Assembly: GCA_021200535.1 (NCBI GenBank)
Contig: JAJQGL010000114.1
Coordinates: 1,171-65,170 of the forward strand
Direction of reading: 5' to 3'
Source: Clostridiaceae bacterium
Lineage (GTDB): Bacteria > Bacillota > Clostridia > Lachnospirales > Lachnospiraceae
Length of the DNA stretch: 64,000 bases
Below, one piece after another: positions 49,440-58,178 of the stretch; position 1 is the stretch's first letter; each line of letters starts with the position of its first letter. A program made the position numbers and the translations under genes. The notes beneath the pieces were generated by a model, which had not been told where the DNA came from, ran no database searches, and worked only from the letters and a program-made list of their open reading frames with translations.

Positions 49440-49570
49440 TAATGCTATTATATGAGGTAATGACTTTATGGTGAGCACTGTGCCGGTGCCACGCGTCCGG
49501 ATTTTATTTTCAATATGGGCGGTTCGACAGGCATACCGGCATTCACTTACAATTAATGGAGGAAATTACC

Positions 49571-50134
49571 ATGGGAAATTTTGTTTTTGAAAAATGCAAT
49601 GATATTGATGGGCTTTACCTGATTCAACCGCGAGTCTTCGGCGATGAAAGAGGCTACTTTCTCGAGACTTACAACTACAAAGATTTTAAAGAAGCAGGTC
49701 TGGACATGGTGTTTGTACAGGACAACCAGTCCAGTTCTACAAAAGGCGTACTCCGCGGCCTGCACTACCAGAAGAACCATACACAGGGCAAACTGGTACG
49801 GGTACTGTCCGGCGAAGTATATGATGTTGCGGTAGATATCCGGAAAGACTCTAAGACATATGGACAATGGTTTGGCGTTACACTGAGCGCTGAAAAGAAA
49901 AATATGTTTTATATCCCGGAGGGCTTTGCACACGGATTTTATGTATTGTCCGACACTGCAGAATTTGCATACAAATGTACTGATTTTTATGACCCGGCTT
50001 CTGAGGCCGGCATCATGTGGAACGACCCGACAATCGGTGTGAAATGGCCTATCCTTTCCGGAACGGAGCCGCTTGTCTCTGAAAAGGACGGAAAACATCC
50101 GGCATTTTCAAATGCCATTTATCTGAATTATTAA
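49571..50134 (+). CDS. rmlC: dTDP-4-dehydrorhamnose 3,5-epimerase
   Basis: FGDERGYF, VQDNQSSS.KGVLRGLH, YIPEGFAHGF, WNDPTIG. GGAGG precedes ATG 49571. Confidence 0.97.
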   Translation: MGNFVFEKCNDIDGLYLIQPRVFGDERGYFLETYNYKDFKEAGLDMVFVQDNQSSSTKGVLRGLHYQKNHTQGKLVRVLSGEVYDVAVDIRKDSKTYGQWFGVTLSAEKKNMFYIPEGFAHGFYVLSDTAEFAYKCTDFYDPASEAGIMWNDPTIGVKWPILSGTEPLVSEKDGKHPAFSNAIYLNY

Positions 50135-50240
50135 TGCTAGTATAGCGAATATTAATGATTCAATGTACTCTCTTTGCTGCAGCTGCCAATGTATTGGCAC
50201 GATGTTTCGAAAAAACCACGATTACAGAAAGGAATTACCG

Positions 50241-51098
50241 ATGAAAAAAGTTCTTATTACCGGCTGCAACGGTCAGCTTGGACGTGCATTAAACCAGCTC
50301 CTTGACGGACAGCCTGTCGAAATTATAAATACCGATGTAGACACCCTCGACATCTGTGATGCAAAACAGGTGCTTACTCTCGTCCAAAAAGAAATGCCGG
50401 ATACCATTATCAACTGTGCGGCGCACACTGCCGTAGACAAATGCGAAACCGATCAGGAAAACGCCCGCCGCATCAATGCGCTGGGTCCTAAGAATTTAGC
50501 TTCTGCCGCAAAGGCGGTTAATGCGCAGATCGTACAGGTTTCCACAGATTATGTTTTTGACGGAAAGGCAGACAAACCTTATATAGAAGGTGATACGCCC
50601 TGCCCGCAGAGCGTATATGGCTCTACCAAGCTGGAGGGGGAACGTGCAGTCAGCGCAGCCACTGACAAATACTATATCGTGAGAACCGCCTGGCTCTACG
50701 GCGACGGAAACAACTTTGTCAAAACCATGCTGCGGCTGGCTTCCGAACGCGATACCATTACCGTTGTAAAAGATCAGCTCGGCTCTCCAACCTCAGCGCT
50801 GGAGCTGGCACGGATGATTCTCCATATTGTGGACAGCGGTGAATACGGTATCTATCACGGAACCTGTGAGGGAATCGCAAGCTGGTATGAATTTGCAAAA
50901 GAAATTTTCAGACTGGCAAAATCAGATGTAAACCTGATTCCGGTTACAACCGATGAATACCCTGCCACCGTGGCAAAACGGCCTGCCTATTCTGTACTGG
51001 AAAACCAAAAGCTCAATGCACAGGGCAGCTACCGCATGAAGGAATGGAAGGAAGCACTGGCAGAATACATGGCAGGAATGGGATATCAGACAGCATAG
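50241..51098 (+). CDS. rmlD: dTDP-4-dehydrorhamnose reductase
   Basis: ITGCNGQLG, NCAAHTAVD, STDYVFDG, YGSTK, DQLGSPT, KRPAYS. AAAGGA precedes ATG 50241. Confidence 0.96.
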   Translation: MKKVLITGCNGQLGRALNQLLDGQPVEIINTDVDTLDICDAKQVLTLVQKEMPDTIINCAAHTAVDKCETDQENARRINALGPKNLASAAKAVNAQIVQVSTDYVFDGKADKPYIEGDTPCPQSVYGSTKLEGERAVSAATDKYYIVRTAWLYGDGNNFVKTMLRLASERDTITVVKDQLGSPTSALELARMILHIVDSGEYGIYHGTCEGIASWYEFAKEIFRLAKSDVNLIPVTTDEYPATVAKRPAYSVLENQKLNAQGSYRMKEWKEALAEYMAGMGYQTA

Positions 51099-51136
51099 GG
51101 ACAGGAATTGTATTCTGTGCAGAAATGGGGATTTTT

Positions 51137-53242
51137 ATGGAATATCGACAGGAAATGATTGAAGAAAAAAATATTTATGGAGAACGCTTTGCACTTGCCG
51201 CACAGCGTATAAAAGAAATTTATCAGGAGACAGCCGCACAAGATGCGGCTGTGACTGTTCACGGGGAAGCATATGGCTGCTATTTCCATACCGTGTCCGG
51301 ATTTTTATTAGAGATTCATGATTTCTACCAAAAAAAGCTGCAGGGAGTTTACACAGACGCCTCCATTGCAGAGCTGCAGCAGCTAAACACTGCATTGTAC
51401 AGGGATGTAACAGGCGAAAACTACAGGCAGAGCTTCGCCAACCCTGATTTTGCCGCCGAAAAACTCGGAAAAGAATTCGCGCCTCTGCTGTGCACCTTAT
51501 ATACAGAGCTCCGCAGCAATATTGTATATGCTTTTGAGGACAGGCTTTTCTATCTGACTACATTATATGAGCTATTCATTGAAATCTATAATCTTCTGGA
51601 ACAAAAGGATGCTATGGCGGAGGAAGTCCGTTCGGCTATCTATTATTATTTTTTTGACTATGCAGATATTAATATTGAGGACAGCCTCAGAGAGCTCTTT
51701 GACCCGGAACGGAATTTTGCCACTGACATTATCTGCGGCTGCGACCTGAAAGATCTTCGGTATCTTTACTATTTTGGAGAATATATTACGGAAAACGAGT
51801 TGCAGACGGCAGCTTATTTCAATTCCCTTCCAGAACAGGACATCCGCGCTATGGCATCCACATTAACAGAAGGCTTTCGCCGCGGTTATGAGCTGTACCG
51901 CATAGACATGTCTGAAAAAAGGACGGTCAATATACGCTATCATCTTGGATTCGAACGGATGATTCGCGAAGTTATCTCCCAGTTTAAAGCCATGGGACTC
52001 AAACCATGTATCTATCGCAGCGGAATCAGCATCCGCCAGAGAAATCTGCGCGGAAAAACGGGATATTTCGGCGCTTCACCCAATAAACAGTATGAATATG
52101 ACCACCGGATGGACAATGCCCTTTTCTTTGATAAGGCATATACTGACCGGGTGTATCAGGAACAGAAGCAGGGATTGGAAAAGCTGAAAAAATATTGTGA
52201 TGCGTATGCCGGTCCTGTACTGATTGAAACCTTTGGCGAGCTGCCATTTAACCCGCAGGAAAAAAAGACTGCATTTCACTATTCCGAGAAACAACAGCGG
52301 CTGAAGCTTGCCCACCAGTCCGCCATGGGACTTCTGCAAAATGAATATATTCCGGGAGATAAGACCAGCTTTTCCATTATCGCATATCCGCTCCCGGAGA
52401 TCGGTAAACAATACCATGATATTTTCCGTGATACGATTCGCGTCAACACGCTGGACCAGAAATGTTACCTGGAAATCCAGACAAAAATAATCAATGCACT
52501 GGACGCCGGAGAAAGGGTTACCATTACCGGAAGGAACGGAAACCGGACGAATCTGACGGTCGCCCTCACCCCGCTTTCCAATCCGGAAAAACAGACAAAA
52601 TTCGAAAATTGTCTTGCTGATGTGAATATTCCGCTTGGAGAGGTATTTACCTCACCGCAGCTCAAAGAAACACAGGGAATTTTGCATGTCTCGAAGGTAT
52701 TCCTAAATGAACTGGAATACCACAACCTGGAGCTGACATTTCAGGATGGTGTCATTACCCAGTATTCCTGTGACAATTTTGAAACAGAAGCAGAAAATAA
52801 AAAATATATCAAAGAAAATGTTTTATTTCATCACGATACACTGCCAATGGGCGAATTTGCAATCGGCACAAATACAGCGGCATATGTCATGGGCAAAAAA
52901 TACGAAATCTCCCACCTGCTGCCGATTCTGATTGCCGAAAAAACCGGACCGCACTTCGCCGTCGGCGATACCTGTTTCTCCCATGAGGAAGAGCTTGCCA
53001 CCTTTAACCCGGACGGCAAACAAATGATTGCAAAAGAAAATGATTTTTCCCGTCTGCGGGACACAGACAGCGAAAAGGCTTATTTTAACTGCCATACCGA
53101 TATTACAATCCCATATGATGAATTGGGGGATATCATTGTCCATAAGGCAGACGGCACGCAGCTTCCCATTATCTGTGATGGGCGTTTTGTATTGCCGGGC
53201 ACAGAGCTTCTCAATCAGGAACTTAGGAACGTTAAGAATTAA
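51137..53242 (+). CDS. Aminopeptidase (M29-like C-terminal domain) with long N-terminal extension
   Basis: NIPLGEVFTSP, GEFAIGTN, EKTGPHFAVG and HTDIT metal-ligand pattern. Confidence 0.8.
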   Translation: MEYRQEMIEEKNIYGERFALAAQRIKEIYQETAAQDAAVTVHGEAYGCYFHTVSGFLLEIHDFYQKKLQGVYTDASIAELQQLNTALYRDVTGENYRQSFANPDFAAEKLGKEFAPLLCTLYTELRSNIVYAFEDRLFYLTTLYELFIEIYNLLEQKDAMAEEVRSAIYYYFFDYADINIEDSLRELFDPERNFATDIICGCDLKDLRYLYYFGEYITENELQTAAYFNSLPEQDIRAMASTLTEGFRRGYELYRIDMSEKRTVNIRYHLGFERMIREVISQFKAMGLKPCIYRSGISIRQRNLRGKTGYFGASPNKQYEYDHRMDNALFFDKAYTDRVYQEQKQGLEKLKKYCDAYAGPVLIETFGELPFNPQEKKTAFHYSEKQQRLKLAHQSAMGLLQNEYIPGDKTSFSIIAYPLPEIGKQYHDIFRDTIRVNTLDQKCYLEIQTKIINALDAGERVTITGRNGNRTNLTVALTPLSNPEKQTKFENCLADVNIPLGEVFTSPQLKETQGILHVSKVFLNELEYHNLELTFQDGVITQYSCDNFETEAENKKYIKENVLFHHDTLPMGEFAIGTNTAAYVMGKKYEISHLLPILIAEKTGPHFAVGDTCFSHEEELATFNPDGKQMIAKENDFSRLRDTDSEKAYFNCHTDITIPYDELGDIIVHKADGTQLPIICDGRFVLPGTELLNQELRNVKN

Positions 53243-54231
53243 TTTAATGCTTCCTCTAACACAGAAACATTTTCCTGCATCAGCTCGTAATATCCTTTGC
53301 CCGCCTCAAAATCTGTTTTACTGACATTGTGAACAGCGTTTAACTGTGCCTTTTTGGCGCCGGTTTCCTCACAAACCGTATCACACATGGCTTCACTGGA
53401 CAGCTCCACATGAAACACAACGGGAATATTTTCACTTTTTACCGTATCAATCAGGAAAGAAACCGTTTCGGCACTGGCATCCGTTTCTGTGGAGCAGCCT
53501 GGAAAGGCCGCGTAATATTCTAAACCATACGCATCTGCAAAATAACGAAACGGAAAACGGTCTGCGACAATAATGAGGTTTCTCTCTGCGTTGTTCACCA
53601 CCTCAGTGAACTGCCTGTCCAGCGACTCAAGCTTTTTTATATATGTCTCACTGTTTTCCTGGTAAATTTTTTCATTTTCTGTATCCAGTTCACACAGAAT
53701 ATCCGTCAGCCCCTGAACAATCTGAATGGCATTTTTCGGCGATGTCCAGACATGCTCGTCCAACTCTTTCTCTTCTGTATCATCGCTTTCTTCCTGCATC
53801 CCCTGAACCGTTTCTTCCTCTACAACCTCATCTACAAGGTCCATCAGGCGAACCGTTTGAAGCGTATCGCTGTCTACTGACTCTGTAATCTGCTCTGCCC
53901 ATGCATCCGATTCACCGCCAATCGTCACAAATAAATCCGCCGACTGCACGCTTGTCATATCCTTTGGCGTCGGGTCAAACGTGTGTAAATCTGCACCGGG
54001 CTTTAGAAGCATCGTCAGGTCTATCTGATCTCCCGCGATATTTTTCAGAAAATCATATTCTGCAAATACAGTCGCAACAACCTTTAGCTTTCCTTCTTCG
54101 TCCTGCTTCTCTTCTGTTTTGGTGCATCCGGTCAGACAAAACGATACTGCGCCTAACAGCAAAAAGCATACAAATAACCTATATGGCAGCACAAAGCAAA
54201 CTCTTTTTTTCCCTCTCATAACAATCTCCAT
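53239..54231 (-). CDS. Metal ABC transporter substrate-binding lipoprotein (ZnuA/TroA family)
   Basis: Lipobox LTGC, PGADLHTFDP, DEHVWTSP, FRYFADAYGL. Confidence 0.92.
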   Translation of the reverse strand: MEIVMRGKKRVCFVLPYRLFVCFLLLGAVSFCLTGCTKTEEKQDEEGKLKVVATVFAEYDFLKNIAGDQIDLTMLLKPGADLHTFDPTPKDMTSVQSADLFVTIGGESDAWAEQITESVDSDTLQTVRLMDLVDEVVEEETVQGMQEESDDTEEKELDEHVWTSPKNAIQIVQGLTDILCELDTENEKIYQENSETYIKKLESLDRQFTEVVNNAERNLIIVADRFPFRYFADAYGLEYYAAFPGCSTETDASAETVSFLIDTVKSENIPVVFHVELSSEAMCDTVCEETGAKKAQLNAVHNVSKTDFEAGKGYYELMQENVSVLEEALN

Positions 54232-54286
54232 TCCGAGGCGATTGATCGCCTGTAAATTTTCATGCCGTTTTTTTCAATGTCTTTTA

Positions 54287-54355
54287 AAACTGAAAATCGT
54301 TTTCAGTTTACTCTTGAAAATAACTTTTGTCAAGTAAAACGAAAACGATTTTCAA
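54287..54355 (-). promoter_or_regulatory. Sigma-A promoter flanked by two Fur/Zur-family operator-like boxes
   Basis: Minus strand TTGACA-17-TAAACT (54333-54305). Perfect palindrome AAACTGAAAA-TCG-TTTTCAGTTT (54287-54309) and a second copy, CGAAAACGATTTTCAA (54340-54355). Confidence 0.75.
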
Positions 54356-54408
54356 TTTATGGCATAATTTTAAGCGAAACACTTTTTATCTTATCTGCGG
54401 TAACAGAC

Positions 54409-55082
54409 TTACAGATATTTCCGGATCTCCTCTAATTCGTTTTCCGGATTCTTCCATATTTTGAGGATTTGCGACTGTTTTACAAAAATCACACAGGGAA
54501 CATTATCTATATCATAATTTTCCAGCAATTCATACATTTCCTCGCGCCGGTCTCCCTCACGGTCTTTTGAAGTGTAATAAGCTGGTATTTCTGTATAAAA
54601 TTGTTCTAAAATATCTTCAAATTTACTCTCAAATACTTTACACTCTTTGCAATCCTCTCTTCCTATATAAATCAGAAGCTCATTGTCGGAATTTATATCT
54701 TTTTGCAATTCATCTAAGGAGATGCCTCTGAAATAATCGGATGAAATATAATCTTGATTTTCCATCTCATCCAAAGGATAATTTCTTACATCTGCATAAT
54801 AATTCAAGCCAAAAGCAATATTAGCAATGACCATAGAAAAAAGGATAAGTCCTATAACTATTTTACCAATCCGTGCAACTTGTCTCTGTTGAACTAAAAT
54901 CAACAACGAAACCATAAACATGATAACTGATAAAAGTAATGATACCCAAAAAAAACCTATCTCGATTTCTTTTATTTCCACTGTAGGGTAGACATCCCTA
55001 AAAAAACAGCATGGACTAATTCTATGATGTTAAAAATTATTATGCAAAAGCCAGCCAATAGGACGTATGCTGCTTTTTTCAT
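54409..55082 (-). pseudogene. Membrane-anchored thioredoxin-like (CxxC) protein, split by an apparent frameshift in a T7 run
   Basis: A 36-aa ORF (55082-54972, strong RBS AAAGGAAAGGA) and the 190-aa ORF (54981-54409; YIGREDCKEC, VPCVIFVK) join in frame if one T is added to the T7 run (55000-55006). The region is visibly AT-rich. Confidence 0.6.
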
Positions 55083-55129
55083 TTTTATATCCTTTCCTTT
55101 TAATTGTTAGTTTAATCTATCGCGTGTTA

Positions 55130-55158
55130 ATCTTAACTAACTCTTTTGCTTTTGTCAA
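55130..55158 (-). promoter_or_regulatory. Sigma-A promoter for the thioredoxin-like locus
   Basis: Minus strand reads TTGACA-17 nt-TAAGAT. Confidence 0.7.
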
Positions 55159-55174
55159 GAGAAAATTTAGTGTA

Positions 55175-55196
55175 AAACATAAGCTCGATAGCTTAT
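55175..55196 (-). terminator. Probable intrinsic terminator downstream of clpB
   Basis: ATAAGCT-N4-AGCTTAT hairpin followed by GTTTT on the minus strand. Confidence 0.45.
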
Positions 55197-55266
55197 TTTC
55201 CATACGGCCATTTGTACAGGAGCGTCACAAATAGCTTTGACATTTGCGTCGCCCCGTCTATATCAA

Positions 55267-57867
55267 TTACCGGTTTTCACTTTCTTCAGTTCCGGCTTCT
55301 GCCAACTGACCGTTCACCACGTCAATGCGCACAGTCTGACCCATGCTTACTTCATCCGCCAAAATCTTCTTTGCCAGAAGCGTTTCCACATTTTTCTGCA
55401 AATACCGCTTTAATGGCCTGGCGCCAAATGCCGGCTCATATGCCTCCGCAGCGATAAACCGGACTGCCTGCTCCGTCAACTCCACCTGAATTTCTTTTTC
55501 CTTCATCCGCTGATTCAATTCCTTCATTAAAAGCAATATGATGCTGGAAATATTTTCCTGCGTCAGAGGCCGAAACAAAATAGTCTCATCCAGGCGGTTC
55601 AGAAACTCCGGCCGAAAACTTGCACGCAAATCTGACATTGTGCTTTCCCTTGCCTGATCACTGATATTTCCATGCTCATCCACACCCTCCAACAGGTAAT
55701 TTGAGCCAATATTGGAGGTCAAAATGATAATTGTATTTTTGAAGTCAACTGTACGCCCCTGCGAATCCGTAATGCGGCCATCATCCAGCACCTGCAGAAG
55801 GACATTGAACACATCCGGATGCGCCTTTTCAATTTCATCAAACAGCACAACAGAATATGGTTTTCTGCGGACTGCTTCTGTGAGCTGACCGCCTTCCTCA
55901 TATCCAACATATCCCGGAGGCGCTCCAATCAATCGTGCCACACTATACTTTTCCATATATTCGCTCATGTCAATGCGCACCATATTGTTCTCATCATCAA
56001 AAAGACTTGCCGCAAGTGTTTTTGCCAGCTCTGTCTTACCGACGCCAGTCGGCCCCAGAAATAAGAAAGAACCAATCGGTTTCGACGGATCCTTAATACC
56101 TGCTTTGGAACGCAGAATTGCCTCACTGACCAGCGTTACACCCTCTTCCTGTCCAATCACTCTCCTGTGAAGCTCATCCTCCAAATGCAGAGTCTTTTCC
56201 CTCTCTCCCTCTGAAAGCTTTGCCAGCGGAATCCCTGTCCAGCGCGAAATAATCTTCGCAATCTCTTCTTCCGTCACACTTTCCTGCACTAGCGTCCGGT
56301 CATCCGATTTTGCCTTTTCCTCTGCCGCCTCCAACTGCTTCTGCAGCTCCGGCAGCTTACCATACTGGATCTCTGCCAGTTTATTTAGATCATAATCCCG
56401 CTTTGCCACTTCCATCTGCGTATGCAGCTCATCCATCTGCTCTTTCAATTTATTAACCTGGTCAACTGATGCCTTTTCATTCTCCCATCTGGCACTCTGG
56501 GCATTGAAATGGTCACGGAGCTCCGCAAGCTCTTTTTGCAGATTTTCCAGACGCTCCTGCGATAAATGATCTGTCTCTTTTTTCAGCGCTGCCTCTTCAA
56601 TCTCCAACTGCATAATTTTCCGCCGCTCTTCATCCATTTCTGCCGGCATACTGTCGAGCTCTGTCTTAATCATGGCACATGCCTCGTCAACCAGATCAAT
56701 CGCCTTATCCGGAAGAAAGCGGTCTGAAATATAGCGGTTTGACAGTGTTGCCGCTGCCACCAAGGCAGCATCTGTTATTTTTACCCCATGAAAGACCTCA
56801 TAGCGGTCTTTTAATCCACGTAAAATGGAAATGGTATCCCCCACTGTCGGTTCATTTACGGTAACCGGCTGAAAACGGCGCTCCAGCGCAGGGTCTTTCT
56901 CAATATACATGCGGTATTCATCCAATGTCGTCGCACCGATACAGTGCAGCTCGCCGCGCGCAAGCATTGGCTTAAGCATGTTTCCGGCATCCATTGCCCC
57001 TTCTGTTTTACCTGCGCCTACAATCGTGTGCAGCTCGTCAATAAAAAGAATAATCTGCCCTTCACTTCTGCGGACTTCCTCCAATACCGCTTTTAAACGT
57101 TCTTCAAACTCACCCCGGTACTTTGCCCCCGCCACAAGCGCTCCCATATCCAGCGCAAAAATCTTTTTATCTTTTAATCCCTCTGGCACATCCCCGCGGA
57201 CAATACGGTGGGCAAGCCCTTCCACTGCCGCTGTCTTCCCTACGCCAGGCTCACCAATCAAAACCGGATTGTTTTTCGTTTTTCGGGAAAGAATGCGAAT
57301 CACATTACGGATTTCCTCATCCCGTCCAATCACCGGATCCAGCTTGCCATCCCTTGCACGCTCCACCAAATCAGAACCATACTTTTCCAATGTATCATAA
57401 GTGGCTTCCGGATTATCGCTAGTCACACGCTGATTCCCCCGCACGGTGGAAAGCACCTGTAAAAAGCGTTCCCTGGTAATCCGGCAATCTTTTAACAGCT
57501 GCTTTATTTCCTTACTTGGATGTGCCTGCAGACTTAAAAATAAATGCTCGACAGAAACATACTCATCTCCCATGTTTTTTGCTTCGTCTTCTGCGTAAAT
57601 CAAAGTTTCATTGAGGTATTTATCAATACGCAGCTCACCGCCGCTCACCTTAGGCCGCTTCTGCAAAAGCGCTTCTGCCTGTGCCTCAAAAACAGTTGGG
57701 TCAATGCCCATTTTTTCAATTAATTTGCGGATCAGGCTGTCCTCTACATCCAGCATGGCAATCAGCAGATGCTCCTGCCCGATTTCCTGATGGCTGTGAT
57801 CCATAGCAATCTTCTCTGTATCTTGTATAACTTCTTGTGATTTTTGTGTAAAACGGCTGATATTCAT
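55267..57867 (-). CDS. clpB: ATP-dependent chaperone ClpB
   Basis: Clp-N, GEPGVGKT, a long coiled-coil M domain ([11 protein letters not shown]), [24 protein letters not shown] precedes ATG 57867 (ORF track 57939). Confidence 0.97.
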   Translation of the reverse strand: MNISRFTQKSQEVIQDTEKIAMDHSHQEIGQEHLLIAMLDVEDSLIRKLIEKMGIDPTVFEAQAEALLQKRPKVSGGELRIDKYLNETLIYAEDEAKNMGDEYVSVEHLFLSLQAHPSKEIKQLLKDCRITRERFLQVLSTVRGNQRVTSDNPEATYDTLEKYGSDLVERARDGKLDPVIGRDEEIRNVIRILSRKTKNNPVLIGEPGVGKTAAVEGLAHRIVRGDVPEGLKDKKIFALDMGALVAGAKYRGEFEERLKAVLEEVRRSEGQIILFIDELHTIVGAGKTEGAMDAGNMLKPMLARGELHCIGATTLDEYRMYIEKDPALERRFQPVTVNEPTVGDTISILRGLKDRYEVFHGVKITDAALVAAATLSNRYISDRFLPDKAIDLVDEACAMIKTELDSMPAEMDEERRKIMQLEIEEAALKKETDHLSQERLENLQKELAELRDHFNAQSARWENEKASVDQVNKLKEQMDELHTQMEVAKRDYDLNKLAEIQYGKLPELQKQLEAAEEKAKSDDRTLVQESVTEEEIAKIISRWTGIPLAKLSEGEREKTLHLEDELHRRVIGQEEGVTLVSEAILRSKAGIKDPSKPIGSFLFLGPTGVGKTELAKTLAASLFDDENNMVRIDMSEYMEKYSVARLIGAPPGYVGYEEGGQLTEAVRRKPYSVVLFDEIEKAHPDVFNVLLQVLDDGRITDSQGRTVDFKNTIIILTSNIGSNYLLEGVDEHGNISDQARESTMSDLRASFRPEFLNRLDETILFRPLTQENISSIILLLMKELNQRMKEKEIQVELTEQAVRFIAAEAYEPAFGARPLKRYLQKNVETLLAKKILADEVSMGQTVRIDVVNGQLAEAGTEESENR

Positions 57868-57922
57868 AGTGCTCACCTTCCTTTTACTCTTACTATGCCC
57901 CAAAAGGTTGATTTCTTTTCTT

Positions 57923-57972
57923 GAAAGCAATCTTAGCACATTTTGTTAGCCACGTCAAGAGGTGAGTGCTAA
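57923..57972 (-). promoter_or_regulatory. CIRCE (HrcA operator) overlapping the sigma-A promoter of clpB
   Basis: Minus strand reads TTAGCACTC-ACCTCTTGA-CGTGGCTAA (57972-57946), with TTGACG-17-TAAGAT. Confidence 0.8.
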
Positions 57973-57974
57973 TT

Positions 57975-58178
57975 CGTGGCAATCCAAAAGCCACCCGCGC
58001 TGTGGGAGGCGCAAACAACAAAAACCCTATACTAATTATGGTTCCGTGCCACCGTGTGATCGGTGCAAATGGGGCACTGGTAGGTTTTGGGGCAGGCTTA
58101 AGCGCCAAAAGATATCTTTTGGCGCTTGAAAAAGAAACTGCAAACAAACTTTCACCTTGCCCTACCGGAAGGAAATAG
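57975..58178 (+). pseudogene. ogt: 3' fragment of methylated-DNA-protein-cysteine methyltransferase
   Basis: [46 protein letters not shown] contains the PCHRV active site. The N-terminal domain is absent, there is no RBS, and homology starts right after the CIRCE. Confidence 0.85.
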
